Assembly (NCBI GenBank): GCA_030390025.1
Contig: CM059431.1
Coordinates: 119,848,001-119,912,000, forward strand
Length of the DNA: 64,000 nucleotides
From: Squalus acanthias
Taxonomy: Eukaryota
Direction of reading: 5' to 3'
The notes below the pieces were generated by a model. That model did not search any database, had not been told where the DNA came from, and was given only the letters and a program-made list of their open reading frames with translations. A program made the translations under genes and the position numbers. This document shows positions 13,501-25,842 of the stretch, piece by piece (position 1 is the first letter of the stretch; the number at the start of each line of letters is the position of its first letter).

Positions 13501-15297
13501 GGGCTGGATTTTTCCAACCTCGGCGGGTCCGGGGCGGGCGACGTCGGTGGCATGTGGGGACTTCACATTTGTGTCGATCCCGGCCTCCAACAAGATATTC
13601 CGATGATTGGGCTTGTTAAACCCGCCCTGCGAGGTTCCCAACCAATTAATAGGAAGCAGGTCTGATGAGTTCACTTGATGACGCATCATCAGTCGGTTTC
13701 CTTAAAAGGGCCATGTCCAAATTGATTTTGAAAGTTGTGCTGTCAGTGTTCTGCAGCATTCAGGTGCTTCAAACACTGACAAGCACTGCACAGAGGTGCA
13801 CGGCTGCATCCAGGCTCTCCCATGACTCCCTCCATATGCTTATGGAGGGAGTCACAGCACGCAGGGAGGTTCCCTTCCCTTCCAATGGGCGTAAGACACC
13901 TCCCCAGGGCACCAACACAGCCTGGTTGCACATTGCACAGGAGGACACAAGCAGGGATGTCATCAGGAGGACCAGGCTGCAGTGGCGCAAACCTTTCCAT
14001 GATCTCAGTAGATCACAAAACGTTACTGCAACGCCACACTCAACCTCATCCTGCTGTGCCACTCATCACATCCCCATCACTCTGCCTTCCCTACCCTACT
14101 CCTGCACATCTTTACTCACACCAACTTACCTTGCACCTCCGCCCATCCCTCTCTATCTACATTATCACTTCCCCATCTCACTAGCCACCCCTCACACTCA
14201 CCCTCATCCTATTGCAAGCATACCAACTAACAAAACACAAGGGTAGGCACTTGGGCGCTTTAGCCAATGTTCATGTGAAGTTTCTGTTAATGTGTTGTCA
14301 AACATTGAAACCTTTATTTTCAACACTTTGCCTTCTTGGACATATTTGTGTGCACCTTTGAAAGTGTCTTAGTGAGTTGCAGTGAATGGTGAGACATAAC
14401 ATCCACCGCCCCCCCCCCCCACCCCCAATGGTGATGAGTGTGAAAGGAATGGCTTGGACATTGTAGGGATGCTTTATGGTGCTGGTGTGGGGTGGTGTCA
14501 ACCGGGTGCATCATGTGGCAGCCAGAGTGTACAGTGTTAAGTGAAACTAATCTGGACATGGTGAGGCCATCGCTGGCATCCCGGGCAGAAATGTGCATGG
14601 GTGATGATGCCCTGTGTCCAGTGCAGCATCAGTTGATTGCAGAGAAGGTTGGTGTGCACGTTAGTGCTGCTGGTGTGCCTGGTGCTGCTGGTGTTGGGGC
14701 TGATCGTTTTGGGATTCTGAGGACCAAAGTGAGATTTTTGCAAGGGCACCGATGCTGATGGAATAGATGGCAGGTGAGTTTGAGATGACAGAAGTAATCT
14801 GTCAATGGTGAGAGAAGTTGCTCCAAGGAGGTGACAGTGGATAGCGAGATTACTCTAAACACTTTAAAAGTGCATAAAGCTCAAAAGTGGGTTCCAAATA
14901 CTGAAGGCTGAAGCTTCTGAGATTGGAAAGTGACCAGCTGTAAAATAGAAGCTTTTATTTGCAGCTGTCACCTAATGAAACAAATGGAGAGTTGTTCAGA
15001 ACCCGACATACTTACCTGGCGAGATCCCCGAGCGATGGGAATCTCAAGGAAAACTTGGGAAAATGTTTTGGGCGTGGTAAAATGTAGATTCAGTTGCTTT
15101 AACTATCCTGCTAACTATAAGAATTGCCTGACCCGCCACTCAGTGCCGGATCTGCAAAGCGTAGGCAGAGCCAGCACTAGGGAAACTCACAAGGAGGCGG
15201 GTTCAGAGCGGGATACCGGCCCCGCTGTCAATCTTTTTGATTTTGACAGCGGACCTGCCTCAAAACCCATCCCCTGAGCACCAGCAAAATTCAGCCC
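13501..15297. mobile_element. Non-autonomous Harbinger element retaining a Myb/SANT exon-1 remnant
   Basis: TIR GGGCTGGATTTT/AAAATTCAGCCC and TSD CTG. The plus strand reads RLSHDSLHMLMEGV...AWLHIAQE...RTRLQWRKPFHDL (about 13810-14020). Confidence 0.85.
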
Positions 15298-16539
15298 CTG
15301 ATGTGAAAAACTCTATCGTTGGAAGTGCTGAAGACAAAAAAAAATGACCTCCCTTACATGCTGTTTGGTGACACCTGTTAGAAGACGGCCAACCTCGGCA
15401 ACATCTCCCCACAACAGACCAGAGAGCCGACAAAGAGAGAATTGAAATATTACATGCTAAAGAGTAGTAGGAGAGGGTAGTGATAAATTTGATTTTAATT
15501 TATAGGGTAGGGTAAAGAGAGTCAAAATTGGAGCATTTTAGCAGTTTCCTCTTTTGTTCAGATTGGTATCAGCGTGAGAAGCATTCTGAACAACTTATGC
15601 TGAGAAATCCTCCCCTAATATAATACTCCAGAGTGTTCATCAATGCATTAGTAAACAACTCGAGCTTATGTCAGAATAGCCAACACAAGCGTAACTCTGC
15701 CACATTATGCAGCATTTTAATAGGCAAGCACTTGCCTTATTTCAGAATATGAGCTGCAGATTTTGCTAAATCTTGGAACAATATTCTACCCATTCTACAA
15801 AGAAGATGAAGGGGAGGGGACTTTACTGAAGTGTATAAGATATTAAATGGAATGGAAAAGCTACATCTGGAGTACTATTTTAAGTAACACCATGACGCAG
15901 TTAATTCAGCATAGACTGGATGACAAACCTGAGACTTCCCTAATCCATATACTTCAACTAGTCACGCTTTACCGGCTGAGCATTTGGGGGAGCCTAATGT
16001 TATTTATAATAAGACGCTCGCATTATTGTTTCACAAAGAAGAAAAAAATAGTTCTTTCCAAGTTAAGATCTGCTCCTTTCCTGACATTTTGCAGAGTACA
16101 AGCCCTGTCAGCTCCCTCATATCATTGCTTTTAAGGGAACAAAAAAATCACCATCGATGTTGGAACAGAGTTTGACTGCCCTGAGGATGGGCTGAAAATA
16201 GCTCTGTGTTGCCAGACCTAGTATTTTTGCACAGTTGCAGTAAGTTTAAAATTTCAACGCTTAGATTCACAATGCTACTTAGTTCATTAAGGATGCTTTA
16301 TTTTTATGCCCCATGAACTTTATGACAACTGCCAGCTAATGTTGCTCATTAGTCAGTGCCTATAAAGCTTGAGAGAAGGAAGATTATTACATAAATATTT
16401 CCATCCCTGGAGTGTGGTGCTGTATATTGAGGGGGCAGCAGTATCTTCCAGTTGCATTAGGTTCACATTCTACTGATTGTGAGTAAGAATCTTTTTCGCC
16501 ATTTGAAGGACAGAGTATAATTTTTTTAACAATGTGTTA

Positions 16540-16890
16540 GGGAAGATAATGGAAACTATTATAAGGTGCACTATGAGTGGACATATAGAAGATATCCAAA
16601 AGGGCTCCAGAAACCAGAGATCATGTTTGATAAACCTAATTTGTTTTTTTTGAAGAGATGACTAGAACAGAAGATATGAAAGAGTCATTAGACATCAGCC
16701 ATGTGGATTTCCAAAAGGTTTTCAATAACGTGTCATTTGAGGGATTTGTGTGTGAAAATTAGATTGCATGGTGTGAGGGTGAAATGAGAAGATGGATAAC
16801 AAATCAACTAAGGAACCGCAAACAAGGATGGTTTTAAATGGAGTCCAGTCATAAGTGGGTGTCCATTTGTTCATTATATTTATTAACGAT
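16540..16890 (+). mobile_element. Highly degraded CR1 RT fragment
   Basis: GATTTCCAAAAGGTTTTCAATAACGTG (DFQKxFxxV-like) and flanking similarity to 6020-6420. Confidence 0.5.
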
Positions 16891-18009
16891 CGGCAGGAAA
16901 CTTTGGCATTGAAGAAGAAACAGAGAATCATGCCTACTCCACTATCTCGCTACAGCTCAGCTGCAATGGGGAGCCCACTTGGTGCTTGCAGCTCGCTAGA
17001 GACATTTAATGGAGCTATGAACCAGAATATGGTTCGGGCTTCACAAAACCAGCACAGCCGCTCCGCCAACATCATGTCTGTTAGTTTAAATACCTCGGCT
17101 GGCTGGCTGGCAGGTATGGCCTGGGATGGGAGGAGCTGATCTCAGAGGGGATTAAGCACAGGACAGCGGTGGCTGCTTCTGCTCCTCCTGGACCACAAAA
17201 ATTCTCCCAAATACATTTTTGGGCCTTTCCTTGGGTGGCCACCAGCTGTCCCTTTAAGAACTGCTGGTTAGGCTGCTCAACGCCTAGTAGAAATGGGTAG
17301 AATACGGCCCCGATTTGCATATTTAAGCTGGTTCCCATCGGAAACAGGGGGGCGTGCTGTGCACGCACTTAATAATCCACCTGAAAATTACATCAGGTGG
17401 GCCTTGGGTATCAAAGGAGCAACCAACTTCTCCCCTCCCCAATTTTTAACTGCAAGCCACCTGTTCTCGGGTGAGAAATGGGTGGATAGCAGTTAAAAAT
17501 TGCTCCGAATTGCTCTTGATCATTTTGGCATGCGTACTTTCATGCTGTGCCAGAGAAGGTATGACGTACAGTGGTTGGCGTCCTCCTGAGGAAGCATCAA
17601 ACAATATGGTTAATCAGGCATTCACACATTATAGTGGTGTCAACAGGTCTACTGTTCCAGATTCCTTTGGGAAAGGAACTTCAACTTGTACTAACTGTTT
17701 ACATCATGACCTTTCTTTGGGGGTGTAGGCCACTTCCCTGGCCTGAACCCCATTGATGCGACCCACATCCACCCATGTGGAGGCCAGTATGCTTAACCTC
17801 ATTGGATGTAAACTCCTTCAAGTTACACTGGGTCCCAACTGAACCCAGTGAGGGAGAGCTCCTTGGACCTAGCTCCACCCCCTTGGCGTAATTTGCCTTG
17901 TAAATGATGAAGGTAGACCGTCAGTACCACTGAGGAATTTCAGCCCCAAATGCAGGCCTCAAGGAAATAATTACTCTGTTAGAACCTCGGAAAAACCCAA
18001 TGCTTTCTA

Positions 18010-18360
18010 TAGTGGTTACTGTCCTGCTACCTCTTCAGCGTCATTCTTCACCTCCTGTGCAATTGTTTCTTCCTGCTCGTCAGTCACAAACATTTGTCTC
18101 TTGTTTTGTAGCACACAGCTTAATTATATCACTCTGCCAGCTTTCTCTGGAGCATATTATAGAGCACACCTGATGTGATTCAAACATTGGAATCATTGTA
18201 TGAGTATAACAAATGCCTTATGAATGATGTTTCTCGAATGTTGCTCATTGCATATTGTTTGTCAGGAGATACAAGAGTTAGATAGTTGTGCTGGAATGGT
18301 TACATCGGTGCAGTCATATGCATCGTCAACTCTGAATGACTCATCTGTTCCTTTGACTGC
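18010..18360 (-). pseudogene. Ancient Harbinger transposase C-terminal remnant
   Basis: Minus-strand pieces DCTDV, FQCLNH, YAPEKAGRVII and CVLQN, followed by an acidic tail. Confidence 0.5.
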
Positions 18361-18977
18361 ATTTTCAATCTTCTAGTTTCTACGGACCTGCTATTTCTTA
18401 CTCTCTATCAAAATCACATTGCCTTGCTACCTCTCTCCTTTCCTTCAAAAACTTCTTAAAAACTTACCTCTTCTACCATGTTTCATACCTCTTTCCACTT
18501 AATATTTCTCATCTCCTGCTCAGTGTCCTCCTGGAATTATATGGGCCAATTGTGTTGGGGCCCATGGAATTAAGCACAGTACGTGGGTTGCACAGAAAAA
18601 CAGCACTGAGCCTGAAGTGAGTATTGAGTGGCCTAATATTGTTTCAGGCCTAATTGGAATTCCTGGGCATTACACAGGAAGGTGCTGAGGCCTTCTATTG
18701 GACACAGTGATGATGGTCCACAAAATAAAAGTGGAGCTGCAGGCCTTAAGTGGCTGTGCATGTTTAAAGGGGCAGGTGCATCTTGGAACCTTGGGGAGTG
18801 CCGGTGGAGGAACCAGTTAACCCTGAGCCTTTTGGAAGCTGAGTGATCATTTTGAAAGCCCACAGGTTGCAAGGAACCATCCTGGAATGCTTCTGTGAAC
18901 TCATTTGTGCCAGTGTGGAAGAATTTGTGTTACGAGTATAAAAAAAGAGTGAAACTGTTCAGCCGGCTAGTAAATCC

Positions 18978-20605
18978 CTTAATCACTCTTGCCTTCCACC
19001 CTATCACAGACCTTCCATTTTGTTCTTTCCACCCCTCCCCCCTTTCCCTGCCCCTGAACTTGCTTAAAATCTGTTACATCTCTAACTTTTTCCAGTTCTA
19101 ACGAAAGGTCATCGACCTGAAACGTTAACTCTGTTTCTCTCTCCACAGACGTTTTCAGAATTATCATTCCACCTGGACCCCTCCCTCTGGCCTCTTACCC
19201 TCGCTAGATCATTTCATTGTGAACTGCCAGCATGACATTGGCCATCTCAATTGCTCTGCTCCCCTCACTCACTCCAACTTGCAGCACTCCGTTCTCTCAG
19301 ATCCAACCTCAACATTGTCATTAAACCTGCTGACAACGGTAGCACTGTTGTTGTTTGGCAAACCAACCTCTACCTTGCGGAGGCTGAACGTCAACTCCGC
19401 CTCCTCCTACCTCCCCCTGGACCATGACCCCACTACCGATCATCAAGCCATTGCTTCCAAGACTGTCACTGACCTCATCTCCTCTGGAGATCTTCCCTCC
19501 ACAGCCAGCAACCTCCGAGTTACCCAACCCCACACAGCCCACTTCTACCTCCTTCCCAAGATCCACAAACACGACTGTCCTGGTAGACCCATTGTTTCAG
19601 CCTATTCTTGCAGCAGGGAACTGATTTCTTCCTATCTTGACTCTATTTTTTCTCCCCTTGTCCAGTCTCTTCCCACCTACATCCGCGACTATTCCGACGC
19701 ACTCCGCCACTTTAACAATTTCCCGTTTCCTGGCCCCAACCATCTCCTTTTCACTAAGGACATCTAATCCCTCTACACCTCCATCCCCCACCAGGACGGC
19801 CTGAGGGCGCTCCACTTCTTCCTTCAACAGAGGCCCAACCAGTCCCCATCCACCACCACCCTCCTTCGCCTGGCTGAACTTGTTCTCACATTGAACAACT
19901 TCTCTTTTGACTCCACTCAATTCCTCCAAATTAAAGGTGTTGTTATGGGAACCCACATGGGTCCTAGCTATGCCTGCCTTTTTGTGGGATGTGTGGAACA
20001 TTCTTTGTTCCAGTCCTACTCGGGTCCCCTCCCTCACCTCTTTTTCCGATACATTGATGACTGTATCGGTGCCATTTCCTGGTCTCGCCCTAAACTAGAA
20101 AATTTCATTCACTTTGCTTTCAATTTCCACCCTTCCCTCACATGGTTCATCTCTGACTCTTCCCTTCCCTTTCTCAACTTCTCTGTCACCATTTCAGGGG
20201 ATAGGCTATCGACAAACATCTACTATAAGCCCACTGACTCCCACAGCTACCTGAACTACACTTCTTCTCACCTCACTTCCTTTAAGGATTCTATTCCATT
20301 CACCCAGTTTCTCCATCTCCGTCGCATCTGTTCTGACGATGCCACCTTCCATACTAATGCTTCTGATATGTCTTCCTTTTTCCTCAACTGAGGATTACCC
20401 TCGACCGTGTCCATTCTATTTCCCGCACTTCTGCTCTCACCCCTTCCCCTCCCTCCCAGAATCACAATAGGGTTCCCCTTGTCCTCACCTTTCACCCCAC
20501 CAGCCTCCACATTCAACAAATCACCCTCCGCCATTTCCGCCACCTCCAGCATGATCCCACCACCAAACATATCTTCCCCTCCCCTCACTTTTCACCATTC
20601 CGAAG
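18978..20605 (+). mobile_element. Penelope-like retroelement (RT region; GIY-YIG part missing) preceded by a pseudo-LTR fragment
   Basis: Motifs FYLLPKIHK, PGRPIVS, MGTHMGPSYACLFVG, FRYIDD and YYKPTDSHSYL. Stops at 19765 and 20389. Hammerhead-like motif at 19098-19124. Confidence 0.9.
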
Positions 20606-20815
20606 GATATTCCGAGTGGATACAAGCCTAGCCTGTCCAACCTTTCCTCATAAGACAACACGCCCATTCCAGGTATTAGTCTAGTAAACCTTCTCTGAAC
20701 TGCTTCCAACGCATTTACATCCTTCCTTAAATAAGGAGACCAATACTGTACACAGTACTCCAGATGTGGTCTCACCAATGCCCTGTATAACTGAAGCATA
20801 ACCTCCCTACTTTTG
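20606..20815 (-). mobile_element. CR1 LINE internal fragment
   Basis: MLQLYRALVRPHLEYCVQYWSP, homologous to 6783-6970. Confidence 0.9.
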
Positions 20816-21489
20816 ACTATGGGTCAGGAATGTCCATGTGGGTCTATAACCTGTTTCAGCAGGGTACCTCCGTGTTGGCGCGCTCTTGCTCTGGTGCTGC
20901 TTTACTGCTCTTGCAGCCAAAAGAGCTTCCTGCTTATCTTCCTTCTCTGTCAGTTAACAAAAGTTCAGAGCGATTCCAAAGAGGATCCCATCATGCAGCT
21001 TTGATAGTTGTCCTACTACAGTCACTACCCCTTTACAATCTAGAATAGCAACAAAGCAATAAAGTTTTCTCAATCAATAAAGATCTTCTACCTCAATTCT
21101 TGCTGACTCAGTGTTCAAAAAACAAATTATTTTTTGCTGGCCACCCCTTTTTATGTAGCTAGTTAGCATAGAACCTGTGACCGGCATTGGGGCAGGAATT
21201 GGCATTGCCAAGCCACGAGCAACTTGGTCTTGTATCCTGCCACCAACATGAGCAGGAATCTGCGGGGACTTTTTAGGGTCCATTTATGGCCTAACTCAGT
21301 AGGAGTTTTCCAACCTCACCAACGTACCTGAGGTGTTGCCAGCTGGATTTAGACAGATGGCATGTTTCTTTCTATGTTAGATACCTGACCCCGCAGTTTG
21401 AGATGGAGTCTGGACTGAGATGTCATGGCAGGCTGGAGTCATACTCTGCTTCACTTCTGAAAGCGCAACATCGGAATTTTGGAACCATA

Positions 21490-22437
21490 TGCTGGAATTT
21501 TCCTCGGGGAGGCAGCTTGGTGTGGGGGGGTGAGGCCACGGGGAGGGTCCAAGACGGGCGGGAAACCCGGGAAGCCAGGTTTCCCACAGGCCTTGCCAAC
21601 TTTACCGGCAGGGCCTAATTTGAGTGTGAGTCCTCGGTTTCCCGCCCGCAGCCAGCCAGCTTGAGAGGCTGGCTGGCTGCAGGCGGGTAGGCCTCAGTTG
21701 TGAGGGATCGGTCTGGGGGAGGGATCGTGGAAGGGGGGTCGGCAATAAGTGGGGCCGAGTGGGGGGGAGAGAATCGGCGGGGTTGGCGGTGGGGGTTGCA
21801 GGATCGGCAGGCGATTGGGGGGTGGTCAGGGATCGAAAGGTGATGTGGGGTGATTGGGGAGGGAGGATCAGGGTGCGTGGGGGTATTGGGGATTGCTTAG
21901 GGTGGTGTTGACCAGGGATTGGGGGGGGGGTGGGTGCGGATGATCGGCGGGGGGGCCAGAGGTCGGGGCCGGCTATCAGAGGATTGTTGGGGAGGGGGGA
22001 GGTTTGTGGGGGAGGCCTGGGCATGTGATCAGAGGCCTCATGGGGGGGAGGTCTCCGATCACGGTAGGTGGGTGGGTATGGTCGGGTCCCTGGATCCAGG
22101 AGGTAGGTATAAATCCACTTACCTCCTGGAAGCAGCAGTCCCCGCCTTGATTTAACTGTTGGATTTCATGAACTGTGTGAAATTCGTCGCCAGGCAGTTA
22201 AATTCAAAATGGACAGGGGGAGAAAGAGGCTTCCAGCCTCATTACGATATTTAGATTGAGGTAACGTCCGCTGGGAGCGAGTTGTTATCCGCCTCCCCCA
22301 CCACCCCCAGACCCGCCTCCGGCAAAACCAGAAGTGGGTAGGTCGGAGGGGGGATCAGGTGGGGAATCCCTTTTTTAACAATTTAACTACCCCCATGCTC
22401 CAAACCCACCCGTTTTTTTAACGGGAAAATTCCGGCC
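21490..22437. mobile_element. Harbinger-type MITE with G-rich core
   Basis: TIR-like GCTGGAATTTTCC/GGAAAATTCCGGCC and subterminal GGCGGG motifs shared with the other MITEs. Confidence 0.7.
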
Positions 22438-24292
22438 TTAGTGTTTGTCTTTCATCTATTGTTGTTTCCTGCTGAAGTTATTCCAGCTACATTGCATTTT
22501 GCAGTCATATTAAAAAAAAAGGAAACTTTTTTCCTCAGAAGGCAGTACTTTTGCTCTGGCCACAAAATGTCGCCTGCACAAACTATTTTCAGAATTTAAT
22601 TGCATCACAATAACCCTCTGGCATGACAATATATTACTGTAGCTTTTACTTACAGTGAATCATCCAAATGTTTCACAAAGTCTTGACGGTGAAAGCAAAG
22701 TTTTCTCACAAGGTAGCTTGTTATCCCATGAGGCTGAGTGAGAGAAGGTGGAAGAGGTGTTAATAATGGACAGGGGAGGGCTAGGAGAGAGTCTTATTCT
22801 TAAATAGGTCTGGTGGGTAAACCTTCTGTAGATATTACCTAGATGGACAGTTGACAGCTGATTTCTACAAGGGGTAGATCTGGAGAGTTCAAACATCAAG
22901 AGAAATGATCCAATGGTTCTGGGTAACCTAAGAGATTCAGGTAAAATATCTGACACATGTTATCCCTCAATGAAAAAAGTGATTAAGTAACTGCTGCCCT
23001 GCTAAAGAGAACACTTCATAAATTTCTCTTTCCTGAATAGTAACAGCAATGAAATGCATATATATCTCTATCCATTTTTTTAAGACAGGTTTATAATGAT
23101 TGACAACAGGTGCTCTGCAAACTACAAGATTACTGGTAGCTGAGTTTCCAGGATCCTGTTACGACTTCTTGGGATACATTTTCATCCTTACCACCCGGGC
23201 GTTAAGCATTGCCTGGGCAGAGCGCAGTAACAAAAATCTATTGAGGAGGAGTGCAGGCCTCTTGCAGCGCCTGTCTGACTTTCATAGAAATTTATTTAGA
23301 AATTTACGGCACAGAAGGAGGCCATTCGGCTTATTGTGTCCATCCTTTTATTAATTTGAATGGAAGGAAATCAGCAGGTTCTATTACCAGTGCACAGTAG
23401 AATTTGTCCTTTCCGCCTCCACCCAGGCGATGTTTAAAATCCACCATCTTGTATTGACTAATTTCAATGTGAATACTTGCTTCCCAGGATTGATGGGAAG
23501 CTGTTCTGTGGGTAAGTTAGCTCTGGATTTTTTTCTTTGGTTAATGCATTTATTCTTCCACACATATTTGAAGATGCCAGCTACCTGTGTTTAGCCCAGA
23601 GGCTGCGGGGTTCAGGCCCAGAAAACGGGGTGCACACAGGGCGCAGGGAACAATCCCTGTGCCTGAATGGATAGGCCTGAGGCACATCTAATATTGGGCC
23701 TTAGGCCTCATTATCATCGAGCTGGCGAGCTGATGGTTAAATCTTTTCACTTGACATTCATAGGGCTCAATTTTGCCAGGCCCGAGGAGGCGGGTTTGGA
23801 GGTGTGTGAGGTGTTAAAATAGCAAAAAATGGCGGGCGGAGCCGATCCTGCCTCCAGCCCGCCTCTGAGCAATTTTCCCACAATCAGGGTTTCAGACCCC
23901 GTTTCCATCCCGCCTCCAAGAGGCGAGATAGGACCTTAAGGCCCTTAGCAACCAGTTAAGTGCCTCTATAATCCCATTTTGAGAGGCCTTTTGGAATTTA
24001 ACACATTTCCCCTGTGCTGCACATCTCCTCTGGAACACGCCAGTTAATCCTGGCCGGCTCACAAGTCGATAGCTTACTAACAGCTGCTGCTCAACCATTA
24101 AAAAGGAGTTTTCAGCAATGATCATTTGCAAGTGGCAGAACTTTGTTGTCTCAGGTCTGGGAGAAATTTTAGCAGGCATACTCATTGTTGTGGAAGTTTG
24201 GAGCCTGAGACCCATCTCCAGTGTGATCTCCTGGGAAACCCCTCTCCCCACCTTGACTGAGCGCTTCCTCAACTGAGGTATATACCAGAAGC

Positions 24293-25530
24293 ATGGGAAC
24301 CATTTATTTCCTTTCCTCCTGGACATCAGATTCGGATGAAGACCAGCAGCAGAACCCTGAACAACAGCAGCACCAACAGCAGGAGCAACAACAGGAGCAC
24401 CAAGCTGCTGCTCACCCACCTGAAGCTGCACAGGCCAGAAGGCGCCAGCGCATGGAAGCACGTCGCCGCAGGAGATACCCCCAAAACAGGGTTTACAGAC
24501 AAAGGATGAACTAACTCAACATGACTGAGCAGCAATGCCAAAAGAGGCTCAGACTTTCGCGAGAGATAGTGGGTCACATCTGCGCAATGCTGCAGCAAGA
24601 CCTGGAGCCCAGAGGAACGGGTGGACACCCCTTACCAGTGGCTGTCAAAGTCATGACCGCACTCAACTTTTTTCCTTCAGGCTCATTCCAGGGATCAACA
24701 GCAGACATCAGCAGCGTCTCCCAGGCGGCCGCACACACTTGCATCACACAGGTAACTGATGCCCTCTTTGCCATCGCGCACAATTACATCAACTTCTCCA
24801 AGGATCAAGCAAAGTGTAACCGCGTGTGCGGTTGGATTTGCTAATCTGACAGGCTTTCCAAGGGTGCAGGGCATCGTTGACTGCACACATGTGGCCCTTA
24901 AGGCACCCCATCACAATCCAGGTATTTTTGTCAACCGCAAGGGCTTCCAGTCCCTCAATGTGCAGCTGGTGTGTGACCACAAGAAGGAAATTTTGCATGT
25001 TTGCGCCAAGTACCCTGGCAGTTGCCATGACTCCTTCATCCTGTGCCAGTCTAGTGTGTCTCCGCTCTTCAGTCCGCCAGACCAACTTTTTGGATGGCTA
25101 CTTGGAGACAAGGGCTAATCCCTGAAGACGTGGCTAATGACGCCGTTGAGAAGCCCATCCAACAAAGCTGAGGAGCGCTACAACTCCAGCCACATGTCCA
25201 CCAGAGCCATAATCAAGCAAACCATCGGCTTGCTGAAGATGCGATTCAGATGCCTTGATAGATCAGGTGGAGCTCTGCAGTACTCAGCAGCCAGAGTCGC
25301 CAGAATCATTGTGGTTTGCTGTGCACTTCACAACATAGCACAGCATCATGGCTTGCAGCTGCCTGAGGTAGAAGTGGCTCATCGCATAGCCTCCTCAGAT
25401 GAGGAGCAGGAGGAGGAGAGTGACGACTAATAGCTTGCGGAGGCGCATCAACCAGTGGCAGCAGTATGCTAGCACATTGCTGCCCGGGATGCAAGGGACG
25501 CACTCATCTTTGCCAGATTTGCTTAGACTG
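24293..25530 (+). pseudogene. Harbinger (HARBI1-like) DDE transposase, disrupted
   Basis: Motifs [50 protein letters not shown] and CCALHN. Stops at 24512 and 25116 and a frameshift near 24815. Confidence 0.93.
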
Positions 25531-25842
25531 CCCAATCAAACACTTTTGCCTTGCACCTTCTTACCAGAGCATCGAAAATGGCCAAGAACCTATGGATTTC
25601 TATCAGTCTGACCACCATACTGACAATTGCAAGTCGCCCTAAGCCCTCAATGTGGAAGTCCCATTTGCGAAATGACACAGGCCACAACTTCAACAGTTTG
25701 CCATCAAATTTTTTGATCACATCAATTAATGGATGGCTTTTGAAAAATAAACACAATAGAACACCCAAGTGACTACCCTTGTGACTACTTGTGCTTTATC
25801 TTCCTCTTACATGTGCACCTACGTGGTGCTTCCCCAGTGGCT

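Noticed and set aside
21602..22155. Pro-rich and Gly-rich ORFs
   Set aside because: Artefacts of the G-rich low-complexity MITE core.
23089..23135. Possible micro-exon FIMIDNRCSANYKIT
   Set aside because: Weak donor (GTAGCT), short, and no recognisable homology.
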